A stretch of 64,000 nt of DNA. Origin: Mytilus edulis. Lineage: Eukaryota. The translations under genes and the position numbers were made by a program. Positions 24,857 to 38,259 of the stretch are shown in pieces. The DNA is taken from NCBI RefSeq assembly GCF_963676685.1, contig NC_092349.1:63326924-63390923 (forward strand), read 5' to 3'. Under the pieces are notes generated by a model that saw only the letters and a list, made by a program, of their open reading frames with translations, ran no database searches and was not told where the DNA came from. Position 1 is the stretch's first letter. Each line of letters opens with the position of its first letter.

Positions 24857-25839
24857 TAATTATAGATTTATTTATCGTTGATCATCTCAATGAGATTTAT
24901 TTTCCAACTTGAGCCGGTACGGTGAAAGTGAGAAGAGCAATTATGGTGTTGCGATGACCAATGATAATCTGTTTAAATCGCTATTTTACCTTTGATGATG
25001 TTGTTAATTTCATTGACAACGAGCATGTGCGCCCTTAGTTTCTAGTGATTATTTTTCATATCACTATACTGTGATGAGAAAGGAAATTATAAGTTGATCA
25101 ATAAGCAAGGGTGTGGAATTATTTGTTGTGAGCACTTGTCCCTGGGCAAGTAAAACTGTAAATTTTACTCGTCCGGAAAAAAAGTTACTTGCGCTGATGG
25201 TCCCAATAAATATTGTAGTATTTTATTGTTAGCTAATATATGATTCTTAGCACTGTTTTGCATCCCAAACAAATCAGTGAAATCAATTGGTTTATATGTT
25301 TAAAAAATTTAGGAATGTTGGAAATGGGTTTTATAACATCTATGGGACAGAAACTCAAAAGCAAACCAACTAAATGAAATGACATGTAAAGGACAAGTTT
25401 GCAGCATTGTTTTGTAATAAAAATTGTAGCCAGTAGGTACACTACATATACTAAATTTAGAGGACAGTGAGTGAAGAAATGGAAACTAAATTAAATAATA
25501 GATAAACTAATTAATTCTATCAACTGACACACTTGGTTTTTTCTTGGTAGTTGAATACTTCTATTTACCACTTAGAAAACACATAAGGTTGCCTTTGATC
25601 TATAAATAAGACAAAAACAAAACTTATTATCTGAATTTCTTTCCAAGGGCCTTAGGGGTAATCTGATATTCACGATGTCTGATATTCTCGCTTCCGTATT
25701 TTTTTTATATACACCTTGACCATCTCCGTTTGCGTTTCATGCTTTCGACTTGACTCGTCATTCTTTTTGTCTTGCTTGCCTGATGTTTTATTTTAAAAGT
25801 ATTCATCAATATGAATCTTGATTCAAAATGTTAAGATAT

Positions 25840-26305
25840 GACACTTCCGGTGAATAGTGGATAAAACATAATCGACTCAAATTTGAAACTGGGAGATATT
25901 CCAAATTAGAAGTTCATCAAAGAATTTGTGTTAAATGCAATTTAAATAAAATGGAAGATGAACTTCATTTTCTTATAGAATGTCCTGTATACTCTAAGGA
26001 TAGAGACCTGTTATTTGATCTGATATTTAAAGAATGTAAAAAATTTTACTCCTTAGATATGGTCAATAAATTTATTTGGTTATTAAACTGTTAGTCTATA
26101 AATATTTTGAAACAACTTGGCTTATCAAAACACCTGCCTGGAGTAAACATTTATTACCGTATATAACACTGGGATACAGTTTGTAAGCAATATTTATGAT
26201 GTCTAACTTTAGCATACTGTTAAATATAATTATAACTTTATATTATCATATATGTATATGCTCTATGCCCCTTGAGGGTACCTCTTATGGAAATAAAAGA
26301 TATTC
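25840..26305 (+). mobile_element. 5'-truncated LINE 3' end (ORF2 C-terminal Cys-rich tail), ending in (ATTCT)n
   Basis: Translation …ICVKCNLNKMEDELHFLIECPVYSKDRDLLFDLIF…LLNC* is the same CxxC…HFLxECxxY module as the C-terminus of the intact LINE ORF2. The tail is tattctattctattctatt at about 26283-26305. Lies in intron 2 of gene B. Confidence 0.6.
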
Positions 26306-27040
26306 TATTCTATTCTATTTATAATCGACGATCCAGGGTCAATAGACAAAGCCAATGCAATATTACGCGACTCGGTTTTGCATACTTATTTCCTCATTTT
26401 GGTATTCATCTATTTCTGGAGTTATGTAATATTTATCGTCATGAACATTGATGTTTATACTTAAATATATGTTTTTACTCGCGTATTATTGGTTTCATTT
26501 ACATAAATTAAACATCTTTATACGTTTTGAAATTAATCCTATATTTTGCTGAACTGATTTGAACTTTGTCTTGAATATTATTTCACTTGTCCACGGGCAA
26601 CCAAGACAAAAATGATCACTTGTCCGCGTGATAAAATGTACGAGTTGGGCAAGTCGGGCATAGCATTTCCACACCCCTGATAAGATCAAAAGAAAATTTC
26701 GTAAAATAGCGATGAATAAAAGTATTACCTTATAATGTTGCAATGAATTATAGTGATTTAGTCAGGTATAGATACGAACCCTGAAATACAATGCTCAACT
26801 AAGTACAAAATAAAAGTTTTATATGAATGCAAAATCACTAAATAATATATATTTATCAAAATAAAAATGTTTTAACAATCCATAAAAATAGGTTTTTAGG
26901 AAATTAAAAGAAATTGCACAGTGTAAAAGCTATGTAACATAATTTATGAACCCTAGTTTTTCTCAAATTCCAAAAGAATTTTTTCAATGTGATACTCTTA
27001 ACAGACGTTTTATTAATGAGCTATTTTGATTGTTTTTAAG

Positions 27041-27168
27041 GTCAAAGTTTGTTAATAGCTAATGGACCAAAATGGGAGAGAAATCGTAAATTGCTGACAC
27101 CAGCTTTCCACTTCAGTATACTGACAGGGTATTTTAAACTGTACAATGAGGTAGCTGATGTATTATTG
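27041..27168 (+). CDS. CYP4-like gene B, exon 3 ([43 protein letters not shown])
   Basis: Acceptor tttttaag, donor gtatgt. 128 nt. Confidence 0.85.
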
Positions 27169-27320
27169 GTATGTACTGTTAACACCTAGATTCCACTACA
27201 AATGTATACTCACTCTACATCGATTCTGTGAAAAAAATCACAGGGAACAGGGTGCATGCTGCTATAAAGATAGCTGTAGTGCTAGTTGAAGGTGTTGATA
27301 TCTTTAATGTTGTTATATAT

Positions 27321-28409
27321 GTAGGACTCTAAAGTGCGATGGTACTCTAAAGTGCCATGGTCTCGCTAAAGTGCGATGGTCACCCTAAAGTGCCTTGGTG
27401 TATCACGCTAAAGTGCGATGGTCACCCTAAAGTGCCTTGGTGTATCACGCTAAAGTGCGATGGCTGTTTGTTCGGTAAAGTACGATGGTTTATCATGCTA
27501 AAGTGCGATGGACTAAAAGGGTAATATTAAAGGACTTAAAGTATTAAAGAACACGGATTTAAAAAATAGTCTTCTTGCGAAAGCTAGTACAAGGTTTTGT
27601 GACATATTTGATAGGCTTTATAATTACCGGTAGTCTTAAGTGATCATTGTTTTAAATTAAGAAGAACGACCATGTAATAATTGCTAAAATGGTAATTAAG
27701 GTGTGACAAAAATCTATATATCCTGTATATGTTTTTTTTTTTTTAAATTCAGGCTGGTATCACATATTTGAATAATTGGTGTAGCTTGCTGTTCACACAG
27801 TCTATCACTAATGTGAACATCTCCTCTCAAAGTCGTCATTGTAAATTACAAATACAAAATTTGTTCTAATTTTTTAGCAGACATTTTATGATTTACACAA
27901 GCAAACATGACGTACCTTTATTTTGACTTTACTTTTCATTAAAATCGACAATGTTTGAACGGGGACGGCAAAGTAAACTGCAACATAAACAATGATTTCA
28001 ATGTATCCGTTAGCTTCAAATAGAAACAGGATAAAGGATATTTATGCGTATACTTTTGTATCTGTATAGTAAGATGGTCGACTGCAGGACAAAAGTCCTT
28101 CATTTAGCACCGAAGAAAACTCACATTTGCTTCAGCCGACAATACACAGTTATCATGTTTAAATTGAGTAAGTCATGGACATTTGCTCTAAATTTGTTAA
28201 TCAAATATTCTACATTTATCTTTCGGCATGTTCAATTTTTTGTTTGTATAAAAGACTGTTCACGTCATAATCCATAGTACGTTTATTACGTCTATACCTT
28301 CACAGACCATCGCACTTTAGCATGTGTAGGCATCGTACTTTAGCGTAGACCATCGCACTTTAGCGTGACCATCGTACTTTAGCGCCCCCATCACACTTTA
28401 GAGTCCTAC
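27321..28409. mobile_element. Foldback-like non-autonomous DNA transposon, about 1.09 kb, with TIRs built from ctaaagtgcgatggt subrepeats
   Basis: Left end gtaggactctaaagtgcgatgg, followed by about 200 bp of about 24-bp tandem units. Right end ccatcacactttagagtcctac with the inverted units. Flanked by atatat on both sides. Confidence 0.7.
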
Positions 28410-29487
28410 ATATATAGCTATGATCTTGGTGAAAGACAACTGTAACTAGGTTTTTGTATCCATCTGCATTTTACCCTTCCACACAATCACTTCAGGTGTT
28501 GGTTTGCCATATATGATTTTATTTGTTAGTATGGCTGAACAGAAATAAAATTAAGATAATCTGATTGTCAAAAAATCATTACATACTAGTCTTTTTATAA
28601 TAGCTCACTTGATTGTCACATCAACTTTTTATATATCATAATGCATGTGGGTCGTAATGGGGGTACCTTCATGACAAATAACGGAAAAAAATCTTTCCAA
28701 ATGACGTTAATGTAAATTTTAGATGTATGACAATAAAATGTAGACATTCTTTCAGACGATAAAAACATCAACTGATTTTGATGAATCACGTTAATTTTTT
28801 TTCCAAAAATAACAGAAACAATCATGGTAAAATTTTAACCAATTTGACGCTAACAGTAGCGGAAAATGACTGTTTGACGCCTCACGTTAAAGGGTATTAC
28901 TACCCTCATGCATAGGTGATGATACAGACATCAGAGATTCTTATAGCTAAAGTTTAAGATCCACAAGCACCAGTTAAACAATTTATTAACTCTCAAGAAC
29001 CTATAGATCTGTTAGTTTTAGTTAAGTATCATTTTTAGCATGGATATAAACAAATACAATGGACATTGGTATAAAACTATTAGACTGCATTATTATATAC
29101 AACACTTATTGTTCATTTATAAGAGGGGCGTAAAGTGGGGTATCTGAATGGAAGAACGCAAAATAAAATTGCCATTTCACGATGAACGTACAATTAAAAC
29201 TGTCTTGCGCATTGATCTTTTTACCAATGTCACGATTTCGATGAATAGAGAACTTTTTTGCACGTGAAATAAAAATGGCAAAACAAAAAATAACCCTTTA
29301 CCACCCTCTTATAAGTTAATGTTATAAATGTTATAAATAATTTGGTGAAAAGTTTATTGAAAATTATAGATTGTCAATATAGTGATTGAATTTTCCATTT
29401 ATATTGGTACAAATGTAAGAAGCTATGTTACATATGAAATAAAGGAAGTTTTTGATTCATTTTTTTTTTTATTTTATTTTTCAACAG

Positions 29488-29612
29488 GATAAGCTAGCCA
29501 GTGGTAGTAAAGATGGGAAATATTTAGACATTTTTAAACCAGCAAGTATGGCTACTCTAGATACTTTGTTACAGTGCTCACTTGGTTACAAAGGAAATGT
29601 ACAACTTGTGGG
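29488..29612 (+). CDS. CYP4-like gene B, exon 4 (DKLASGSKDGKYLDIFKPASMATLDTLLQCSLGYKGNVQLVG)
   Basis: Acceptor tcaacag, donor gtaagt. 125 nt. Confidence 0.85.
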
Positions 29613-30455
29613 GTAAGTGGTACTGTAAATGTGGGAAAAGTAAAAAAAAAAACATAATTTGTAGCCAAATCTTAGATTTTACATGAAACTATGTACATTG
29701 TATTGGATATATATTATAGCCTTTTTTGTTTGAAAAAGAGAGAAAAGACACCTTTGCCAAAGCCTACAGCGAGGTTAGTAGTAAAATTGACTGAAAATTG
29801 TTACTTGGATGGAGAGTTGTCTCATTGGCACTCATCTTCCTATATCTATAAAAAGTAAGCATGACTAACAACACATTAAAAACATTCAGATAACTTTAAA
29901 TTTATTATATGAACTTCACCAAAATAAAACTTTTGTACAAATGAGAAATGACAAAAAATACAGTAATTAAACCCTGAAAAGTTCTTCCAAGACATACAAT
30001 GGGCTATGAGGGAACATATATGTGCTATGAGCCTATGAGGGAACAGATTAACAAATTTTTACATAGATTGATAAACAGAAAACTTTGTTATAAGATTAAC
30101 CAAATTTCAAATTTTAAATCGTTCATTCAGGTATAGTACACAACTTATTTGTAAATGTTCAGTCTTAGTAGGAAATTCTTTATTGATGATTTTATTTATA
30201 TTGATATCTTTCAACTTACAGAATCTAAAGGATTATGAGTTGTTTCGTTGTTTGTACACCAATGTGAAACACAATCCTATTGGTTGAATCTCTATTAATG
30301 TGTAAGACTTTTTAACAAATGACAAAAAAATATTGAATGTTTTTACACATACATGACATATGTCCATAAATACATTTGATTCTGAACCAGTGAATTTACG
30401 TTGACTCTTTTAAGAATTAAACTCCCTTTAATTGTTTATAATTTGTAATTTTTAG

Positions 30456-30518
30456 AGACAGTCATCCGTATGTGACAGCAGTAAATCGCCTGGGACATCT
30501 GATTGATAAAAGAAGTTT
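30456..30518 (+). CDS. CYP4-like gene B, exon 5 (DSHPYVTAVNRLGHLIDKRS)
   Basis: Acceptor tttttag, donor gtaagt. 63 nt. Confidence 0.8.
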
Positions 30519-31471
30519 GTAAGTTCATCAGAAGCTTGATACTTTTACTTCATGGTACATGTATATAGTATAAGCAGCTTTGTTTATGTTATTTATATTA
30601 CAATTGTACTAAGATAAATATGAATAATTTGGAGTTAATGCCATCAAGACAGTATCCCAACAATACATTTAAACAAACAATATAGACATGTAGGGGTTGG
30701 CATTTCAGGAAGACACCCTAAATTTGTTCACAATTATTTAGAGATTTTGTTTATCAACTAATCCTAAATGTTATCAATTGACACACCTCCATGCTTCATG
30801 TCAATCTTCTTTTAATCCTGAGGTATTACCACATGATAAAGTATGTTTCATGGTATGGAATACTTTTTATGTCACATTTGCAACAAAACTTTAAATCTAA
30901 ATCAGGCAATTGGTTTTCTCATTTCAACTGTTTCACATTTTGTCACATCAGAGACTTATATTGCTGTCAGACTATCCAGTATGGATTTGTAATTGAAGGT
31001 TGAACAATGAATTATAGAACTTCAACATCTTTGGGCTAGGTTGGTAATTGTATGATGAGAAATCTTACCATATCTTCTTTTTTATTTACCCATCAGCTTT
31101 CTAATAATGCTTAAACGGTGTAAGATTTAAATTCATAGCTGAAATAGAAATATTCAGAGATTTAATATATTGCCTATAGTTGTACCATAGAGCCCAACAG
31201 AGACACAAATCAGAGATTTTTCGACCAGAATGTGCCTAACTATGATATTCTTATTGTGTTTTGCTCTAACGGGAAAGTAAAAATTTAATCAAAATTAGAA
31301 ATTAAAAGTGTGCATAATTTGATATGCATATTATTGACCTCACACATTTGTTTCTGCACTGTCTGCCCTAAATTAATTATTATGATTGTTCCCCTTTAAT
31401 ATCTTCTTCTTATAACAATTCACCAAGTTTGATTAAGCAAGTACCAGTACATTTAGTGTTTTTCTTTGTAG

Positions 31472-31598
31472 CCATTTTCATCATTATGCAGAGTTCATAT
31501 ACAGACATTTTACTGCTGATGGTAAAGAATTCTTCAAGATTTGTGATTATGTTCATAAATTCTCGAAAGACATAATATCTAAAAGACGAAAAGAGTTG
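31472..31598 (+). CDS. CYP4-like gene B, exon 6 (HFHHYAEFIYRHFTADGKEFFKICDYVHKFSKDIISKRRKEL)
   Basis: Acceptor ctttgtag, donor gtaggt. 127 nt. Confidence 0.85.
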
Positions 31599-31899
31599 GT
31601 AGGTTATATTGTGTACTAATTGTGTATAAGTAGTATAAAGAAGTAGTTTTTTTTAGCTAAACATATAAATATATGGAGAGGCTGGAACATGCCAATGAAA
31701 CAAACTAAAAGACATAATAGTAGTGGAAGACATACAGTTTTTAACAATAGACTGATGTGATGTCCATATACATATGTTCTAAATCTTTAGAGTTTGTTTT
31801 AAATAAGCCCATCATAATGGTCGTCTAGGGGAAACACCTATGCTATGAAAGTAATGATATGTAGAAATTCAGTTAAAAAAAAATAAGAGTGGAGGAGGA

Positions 31900-32410
31900 G
31901 GGTATAGATACCTTGTTTTCTATGATAAATCCTAATTTTTTTGTGATAGTTGCCAAATTGAAGATGAAAAACACTTTCTTTTTAATTGTTGTTTTTACTC
32001 TGATATCAGACATGAATTATATGCCAAAGCCTGTCTTTTAAACGTTGATTTTGAGTATTTATGCGATATTGAAAAACTTCGTTATCTTATGTGTAATGAG
32101 AATATGGTTCCTCTTTTAGCTAGTTCCCTTTATCATATGTTTTATCGACGAAAACATGTTATCTAGAAATTATATATGTTTTTTTATTTTTTTTTTTTTA
32201 TTTACGAAATACTTTTTAAATGTAACAAAGCTGTCCTTTTATGTATGTATTAGATGTTTGTTTTTATGATAGTGTCTCATAAGTCGTTTTCGGCTGGCAT
32301 CCTTTTACTTAAATGTTAGGTTCTTATGACTTTATGTATATATATATATATTGATATTGTAATGGATGGTGACACTTTAATAAAATAAATCTTATCTTAT
32401 CTTATCTATT
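31900..32410 (+). mobile_element. 5'-truncated LINE 3' end ending in (TTATC)n microsatellite
   Basis: Translation CDSCQIEDEKHFLFNCCFYSDIRHELY… stop, then a T-rich 3' UTR and cttatcttatcttatctatt at 32388-32410. Lies in intron 6 of gene B. Confidence 0.6.
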
Positions 32411-32439
32411 AATAACAAACAACATTGTTTACTGAAATG

Positions 32440-33690
32440 TGGAAACCTTTGCTCTATGAGTGGTATTTTGTGGTCGTATATTGGTATGACGTTGTCGTCT
32501 TCGTCATCCGAAGACACATTGGTTTTCGCACAATATCTTGAGTTTAAGTTAAATGGATCTCTATGAAATTTTACCATAAAGTTCAATACCACAAAAGGAA
32601 GGTTGGGATTGATTTTGGGGGTTATGGTACTAACAGTTAAGGAATTAGGGGCCAAAAATAAGCATTTTTGTAACTTCCAGACAATAACTTGTGTGTTAGT
32701 GTATGGATCTCTCTGACACTGTCCCACAAGGTTCCATATCTCAAAGGGAATGCTGGGATTGATTTTGGGGGTAATTACCTCAAAATTTTAAGAGCTAAGG
32801 GCCAAAAAAAGGGGCAAAAAACATGCATTTTTCTAGTTTCATGACAATAACTTCTGTGTAAATGTATGGATCGTTCTGAAATTGTACTACAAGGTTCCAT
32901 ATCACAAAGGGAAAGCTGGAATTTAGTTTGGGGATAATTGCCCAAAACGTTCAGGAATTAGGGGCCAAAAAGGGGCCAAAAATAAGCATTTTTCTAGTTT
33001 CCAGACAATAACTTGTGTTTAAGTGTACGAATCTCTCTGAAATAGTAGTGCAAGGTACCATACCACAAAGGGAAGGCTGGGATTAATTTTGGGGGTAATG
33101 CCTCAAAATTTTAGGAATTAGGGGCCAAAAAGGGGCAAAAACAAGAATTTTTCTAGTTTCAGGACAATAACTTGTGTGTAAGTGTATGGATCTTTATAAA
33201 ATTGTTCTACAAGGTTCAATACCATAAAGGGAAAGCTGGGTTTGAGTTTGGGGGTAATTGCCCTAAAGGTTTAGGAATTTGGGGCCAAAAAACAAGCATT
33301 TTTCTAGTTTCCAGACAATAACTTGTGTTCAAGTGTATGGATCTCTCTGAAATTGTACTGCAAGGTACCATACCACAAAGGAAGGCTTGGATTGAGTTTG
33401 GGGTGATGAATCATAAGGGGGTTCAAAAAATTTGGTTGGGGGATTTTTTTTTTTTTTTTTCTTTTTTTTTCCTTTTTGGATATTGGACGATAATAGGTAA
33501 ATTAAAAAAAAATTAGTTCTTAGACCACATTCATTCTGTGTCAGAAACCTATGCTGTGTCAAATATTTAATCACAATCCAAATTCAGAGCTGTATCAAGC
33601 TTAAATGTTGTGTCCATACTTGCCCCAACTGTTCAGGGTTCAACCTCTGCAGTCGTATCAAGCTGCACCCAGCGGAGCATTTTATTGTGA
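32440..33690 (+). repeat. Partial copy of the composite macro-repeat: (CGT)n junction, 160-bp satellite x about 5.5, poly-T/poly-G element
   Basis: ggtcgtatattggtatgacgttgtcgtcttcgtc… is followed by units ttttcgcac…aggaattaggggccaaaaa. 33480-33690 matches 16000-16325. Lies in intron 6 of gene B. Confidence 0.8.
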
Positions 33691-34118
33691 CTTTTATTAT
33701 CTATAGAAAATCAAATGAAAGATCATGAAAGGAGAATGCTTTCAGAATCCTGCCCTTAAAGGGTTAACTAAATAGTATTTGGAATTGAAATTATAAGAAC
33801 TTAGAACTAAGAATTATACATGTTCTGTGTTGAAATTTTTTTTAAATCTCAATCAGTGGACTTCAAAAGTTGCATAAAAGAACTTCCAAGTAAGGGTGAG
33901 GCACCATTGTCTTGAACATGCATGAAATATTTGCCACTGGACATTTAAAAAAACCAAATCAGTACAGAATAGAGATAACAAAGACATAAGTCCATTTTGC
34001 AAACCAAATTTTTTTCATAGTATGATACTGTATCAAAGTTTGCTCACATTTACTGAAAGCAAGCTTTAATTGCTTAGCCTGCTGATATAAAATCATGCCA
34101 TTCTACAAATCTTTTTAG

Positions 34119-34251
34119 AATGAAAGTACAGAAACAGAGACAAAGAAACACTTGGACTTCCTGGATATTTTAATAACAGCCAAAGATGATAACGGTGAAG
34201 GACTGACAGATGATGAAATCAGGGCTGAAGTTGATACCTTCCTTTTTGCTG
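34119..34251 (+). CDS. CYP4-like gene B, exon 7 ([45 protein letters not shown])
   Basis: Acceptor ctttttag, donor gtacat. 133 nt. First half of the CYP4 signature EVDTFxFxGHDTT. Confidence 0.85.
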
Positions 34252-35334
34252 GTACATGTAGTTGATTTTGTTTATAAAATATTTACATGTAGTTTACATA
34301 ATGTGTGTTTACTAAGATCACCCAGAGTACAGAAAAGGACACATGTATACATGTGTAAGACTGTGCTTGATATTCCAACATTCAAATATGAAATAAGAGA
34401 TGAATTTTAATTTGGTTTGCTTTGTAGGGTTCTTATATCTCAATTATCAAACAGTTACAGACTTTACATGGAGATTTTTTCAATCTTAAATAGTTTAACA
34501 GATGTTTTGATATTTATTAACATAAGGTTGATTTCTATTCCAAGCAGCTCATATTTGCAGGATCTGCTTACCCTTCTGGAGCACCTCAGATCACCCCTAG
34601 TTTTTTGGTGGGGTTCCTGTTGTTTATTCTTTAGTTTTTCTATGTAGTGTCATGTGTGCTGTTGTTTGTTTGTCTTTTTCATTTTTAGCCATGGCGTTGT
34701 CAGTTTGTTTTATATTTATGAGTTTGACTGTCCCTTTGGTATCTTTTGTCTATCTTTCATATATTGTATACCCAAAAATTTGTTTATTACAAGTGTTTTT
34801 AGGTAATATTTATTCAGTGGACCATAAAAGATTATTACACAGAAATAGGATTGATTGCTCACAATAACTACTTATTTTCTTTTGCAAAACAAATTATATC
34901 TCAATTAAAAGTATGCACTACTTGATCATTCAAAATATCACATAGATACAAGTTATCAACGTAGCAGCAATTTTATACAAATAAAAATATATCTAACAAT
35001 GGTCTTTACACTGTCATATAAAAAAGAAGATGCAGTATGATTGCCAATGAGACAACTCTTCACAAGAGACCAAGTGACACAGAAATTTACAACTATAGGT
35101 CACTGTCGGGCCTTTAACATTGTGCAATGCCCATACCACATAGCATTCCTGCCAACTTTTCAAAATGCTCATGGGGGTTTTATGTGCAAGATGGCCCCTA
35201 TAGTCCGACAAAACCTTCATTACTGATTAGGGGCCTTCAAATATATTTTAATGTTGTTTTTTTGGCTTCTTTATACTTTTACAAGCCTATAGCCATTGTA
35301 AAATTAATTGTTTTGTTTTAATTGTGGACATACT

Positions 35335-35525
35335 GTGGATTCATTATTATTCGTTAGATACCAATTTTAGTGGATTTCATGGGTTCAGATAAACCACGAA
35401 ATTAAATGTTTTCTAGAGGGTTGTATGCAGACTTAAGCAAAACCACGAAATTAAATATCTACGAATATACAAGTTTTCCTTTATCCACGAAAATTGGAAC
35501 CTACGAAAATAAATGAACCACAGTA
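35335..35525 (+). mobile_element. MITE (CTGTGGATTCATT TIR family) copy
   Basis: ctgtggattcattattattcgttagataccaatt … aaataaatgaaccacag. The termini are reverse complements of each other. Confidence 0.75.
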
Positions 35526-36558
35526 ATTGCTCTTTTAAAATTTCTATTTGGGAGCCTCCATGGGGGAAATCCCCCGCAAATAGTGACAGTTGACAGGTAT
35601 TACATAGTCAGCTATAATATTTATTTTTAGGCAGTTAAGCTACCTTATGCGAGCACCCTGGTTTTATGTGCTACCCAATAAATGCTGAAATACGTGCCAT
35701 TGTTATCATCTAGCTGGCTACTATATTATTTATAACTTATTGGACAGTTTTTTCATACTTTTCATTCTGGATTACAAAAAATATGACCAGAAAAACCTTA
35801 AATGATCGTCGATTTTCCCAAAAGTTTTGAAGTTGCACATAGGAAGTAGAGCACATTAGGAATCCTTATGTAGTTCATTATCCCCTGAGCTTTTGGCTAA
35901 GATGTCAAACAACAAATGTATGCAATATTTAATCGCCGAAAATCTCTAAAGACAAGTAGTTAAGATTTCTCAAATTGCAAAAGTCGTAGGAATATTGTTT
36001 GTCGTCAATACGTAGTCAACTACGTATATATACGTCAGTATAAGTTCAACTGATCACGCTGTTGGCGGCAATTTTGAATTAGAAGACGAAATTTTTGTAT
36101 CTTTTCAATTTGGACGCAGGGGTTCAAATTAGCCGTGGTCCGAGGTCTGCGACCTTCCACTTTTGCAGTCGGACTTTCTACTTGGTTACTAGCTACGCCC
36201 GACATGCCCGACGGAAATTGAAAGAAAAACAATAACTTTGCAAACATTTTTACCAGTTTCCTAATAAACAATCTCAAACTTATTTTCATCATTACTATTC
36301 ATGACAGCGATGTTCAATTTGTTCAACCGCTAGCTTTATACAGAAAATCGCCGATAAATAATGTGTAAATCCGAGCAATATCGTATTTCACTATCTGTCA
36401 AAACAACATTGAAAATAAAATGGCTGCCGCGAGAAGACATCCTCAATCCTCAATCTTAAGGCCTGTTGGCACGAATTGTCCCAATGTACGGTTTTACTCT
36501 CTGGTGCGTTTTCCTCGATGTATTTTCTTCTCTGTGCTTTAAATTTGGTATGCGCTGG

Positions 36559-38259
36559 TTAAGATTGGGATTGAGGAACAGCAGTATTAAATCTGCCCGT
36601 TCTGTCAATGAAATGTGCCACTGTTTGTAATTTGGCTTTTGTCTCTTCTGTGTTTTCGCCGTCCAGTCTTGTCAGCATAGTAGCTAAATTCAAGTTTCTG
36701 ACCCCGACCTCTTTGGATATTTGGTGTAGCATATCTTCTCGTTCTTTTTCATAGTAGGGACACTCCAGAAGGAAATGTTGAGGCGTTTCAGGTGCTCCAC
36801 AGTTGCATGACTCTATGGCGTTGGTTTGGCCTACTCGGTTCTTGTAGTAATTCAGTTCTGTATAGCCAGTTCTTAGTTGGGCGAATATACTGAAATGTCT
36901 CTTAGTTGGGAAATCATACATAATTGAGTGTTTTGTAGTTGGTATTTTTTCATAAAGGTCCCTGCCTCTCTCAGATATTTCCCATCTTCTCTGCCATTTA
37001 TTTCCTGTACTTTTGTATGCTGCTTGTTTGACGTCCTGTAGTGTTATGACGTTATTTTCCGGTGGTAATTCTTTTGCTTCCTCTGCCGCTGTTTTTGCAA
37101 GGATGTCAGCCTCATCATTACCAACTATGTTGGCATGTCCTGGTGTCCATGCTACAATTACATTGAGTCCTTTTTGCCTAAGATGTTCAATATTTTCTTT
37201 TATTTCTCTTATTATGGAGATGTAGCTGTTTGGGGCCCAGTTCAGTGTAAGTAATCCCACGGCGCTTTGACTGTCAGAGAAAATTTTGATTCTTTGTATT
37301 GCATTGTAAATGTTTTCTGTAATGCAGTATTCTAGGACCATGAGAATTGCTATGAGTTCCGCTAGAAGGATGGATCCTCTTTGTGCCACAGGTCTATGTA
37401 ATCTGGTAGCAGGTTTAATGTGTTCAGCATAGATAATTGCACCTGCTCCACAGGGTCCTGGGTTCCCTAGGCATGATCCATCTGTAAACGATATTGCTTG
37501 TTCTTGTGTGCAGTCTCCCATGAGTTGGTTAATGGTTTCCTGGCAAAGTTCCTGTTGCTCATTTGTCCTTGATTTTGAGTTGCCTAGTTGACTCCAATAT
37601 AAAGGTTTTGATTGAGTCATTTGAGTTTCTCCCAGTCTGTAGGTAAACTCTGGTTCTATAAGATTGATGTTTATCTTTGTCTGTTTTTCCATTTCTGCTG
37701 CTTGGCTTAGTGCTTTGCCCATTGGTGTTGGATACTTGTCATATGCGTCATGTTCTTCATACCTCACAAGTTGCTGTTTGATTGGTTCCTGTGCAGATTT
37801 GGATTTAATCTTTGCAATCTCTTTAATGGCTATTTGTTCTAGTCTCAGGTCTATTGGCATAACTCCTGATTCCACTTCTAGTGCTTCTCTGCCAGATGTT
37901 GTAGGCATATCCATGCATAGGATAAGTGCTTTTCTCTGTACTCTGTCAAGTTTTTGCAGGTCTTTTGGTTCTGCTATTTGCCAGGCCGGACTACAATATT
38001 CCATGACTGATCTGACTAGACTGTAGTATAATTGTAATAACTTTTCTGTCTTTAATTTGCTGATCTGTCGCACTTCTCTCAGAATAGTTAAGTTACGGTT
38101 TGCTCTCTTTTCGATTGCATCAATGTGTTTACTGAAGGTCATTTTCTCGTCCATAATGATTCCAAGAAGCTTTGGTGTTGAGTTGTATTTCAGTTCTTTA
38201 CCTTGAATCAAAATGCGTTTGTCCTCTTCATCGATGTTTTTTTTTTTGAAAAGATGCAT
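36559..38259 (-). CDS. LINE ORF2, C-terminal part (RT thumb, RNase H, Cys-rich tail), out of frame with the N-terminal part
   Basis: 566-aa ORF. The RNase H domain includes FTDGSCLGNPGPCGAGAIIYAEH, with the DE..D residues present. The C-terminal tail CNCGAPETPQHFLLECPYYEKER is typical of LINE ORF2 ends. The ORF overlaps the 751-aa ORF around the poly-A tract at 38226-38236. Confidence 0.8.
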   Translation of the reverse strand: MHLFKKKNIDEEDKRILIQGKELKYNSTPKLLGIIMDEKMTFSKHIDAIEKRANRNLTILREVRQISKLKTEKLLQLYYSLVRSVMEYCSPAWQIAEPKDLQKLDRVQRKALILCMDMPTTSGREALEVESGVMPIDLRLEQIAIKEIAKIKSKSAQEPIKQQLVRYEEHDAYDKYPTPMGKALSQAAEMEKQTKININLIEPEFTYRLGETQMTQSKPLYWSQLGNSKSRTNEQQELCQETINQLMGDCTQEQAISFTDGSCLGNPGPCGAGAIIYAEHIKPATRLHRPVAQRGSILLAELIAILMVLEYCITENIYNAIQRIKIFSDSQSAVGLLTLNWAPNSYISIIREIKENIEHLRQKGLNVIVAWTPGHANIVGNDEADILAKTAAEEAKELPPENNVITLQDVKQAAYKSTGNKWQRRWEISERGRDLYEKIPTTKHSIMYDFPTKRHFSIFAQLRTGYTELNYYKNRVGQTNAIESCNCGAPETPQHFLLECPYYEKEREDMLHQISKEVGVRNLNLATMLTRLDGENTEETKAKLQTVAHFIDRTGRFNTAVPQSQS

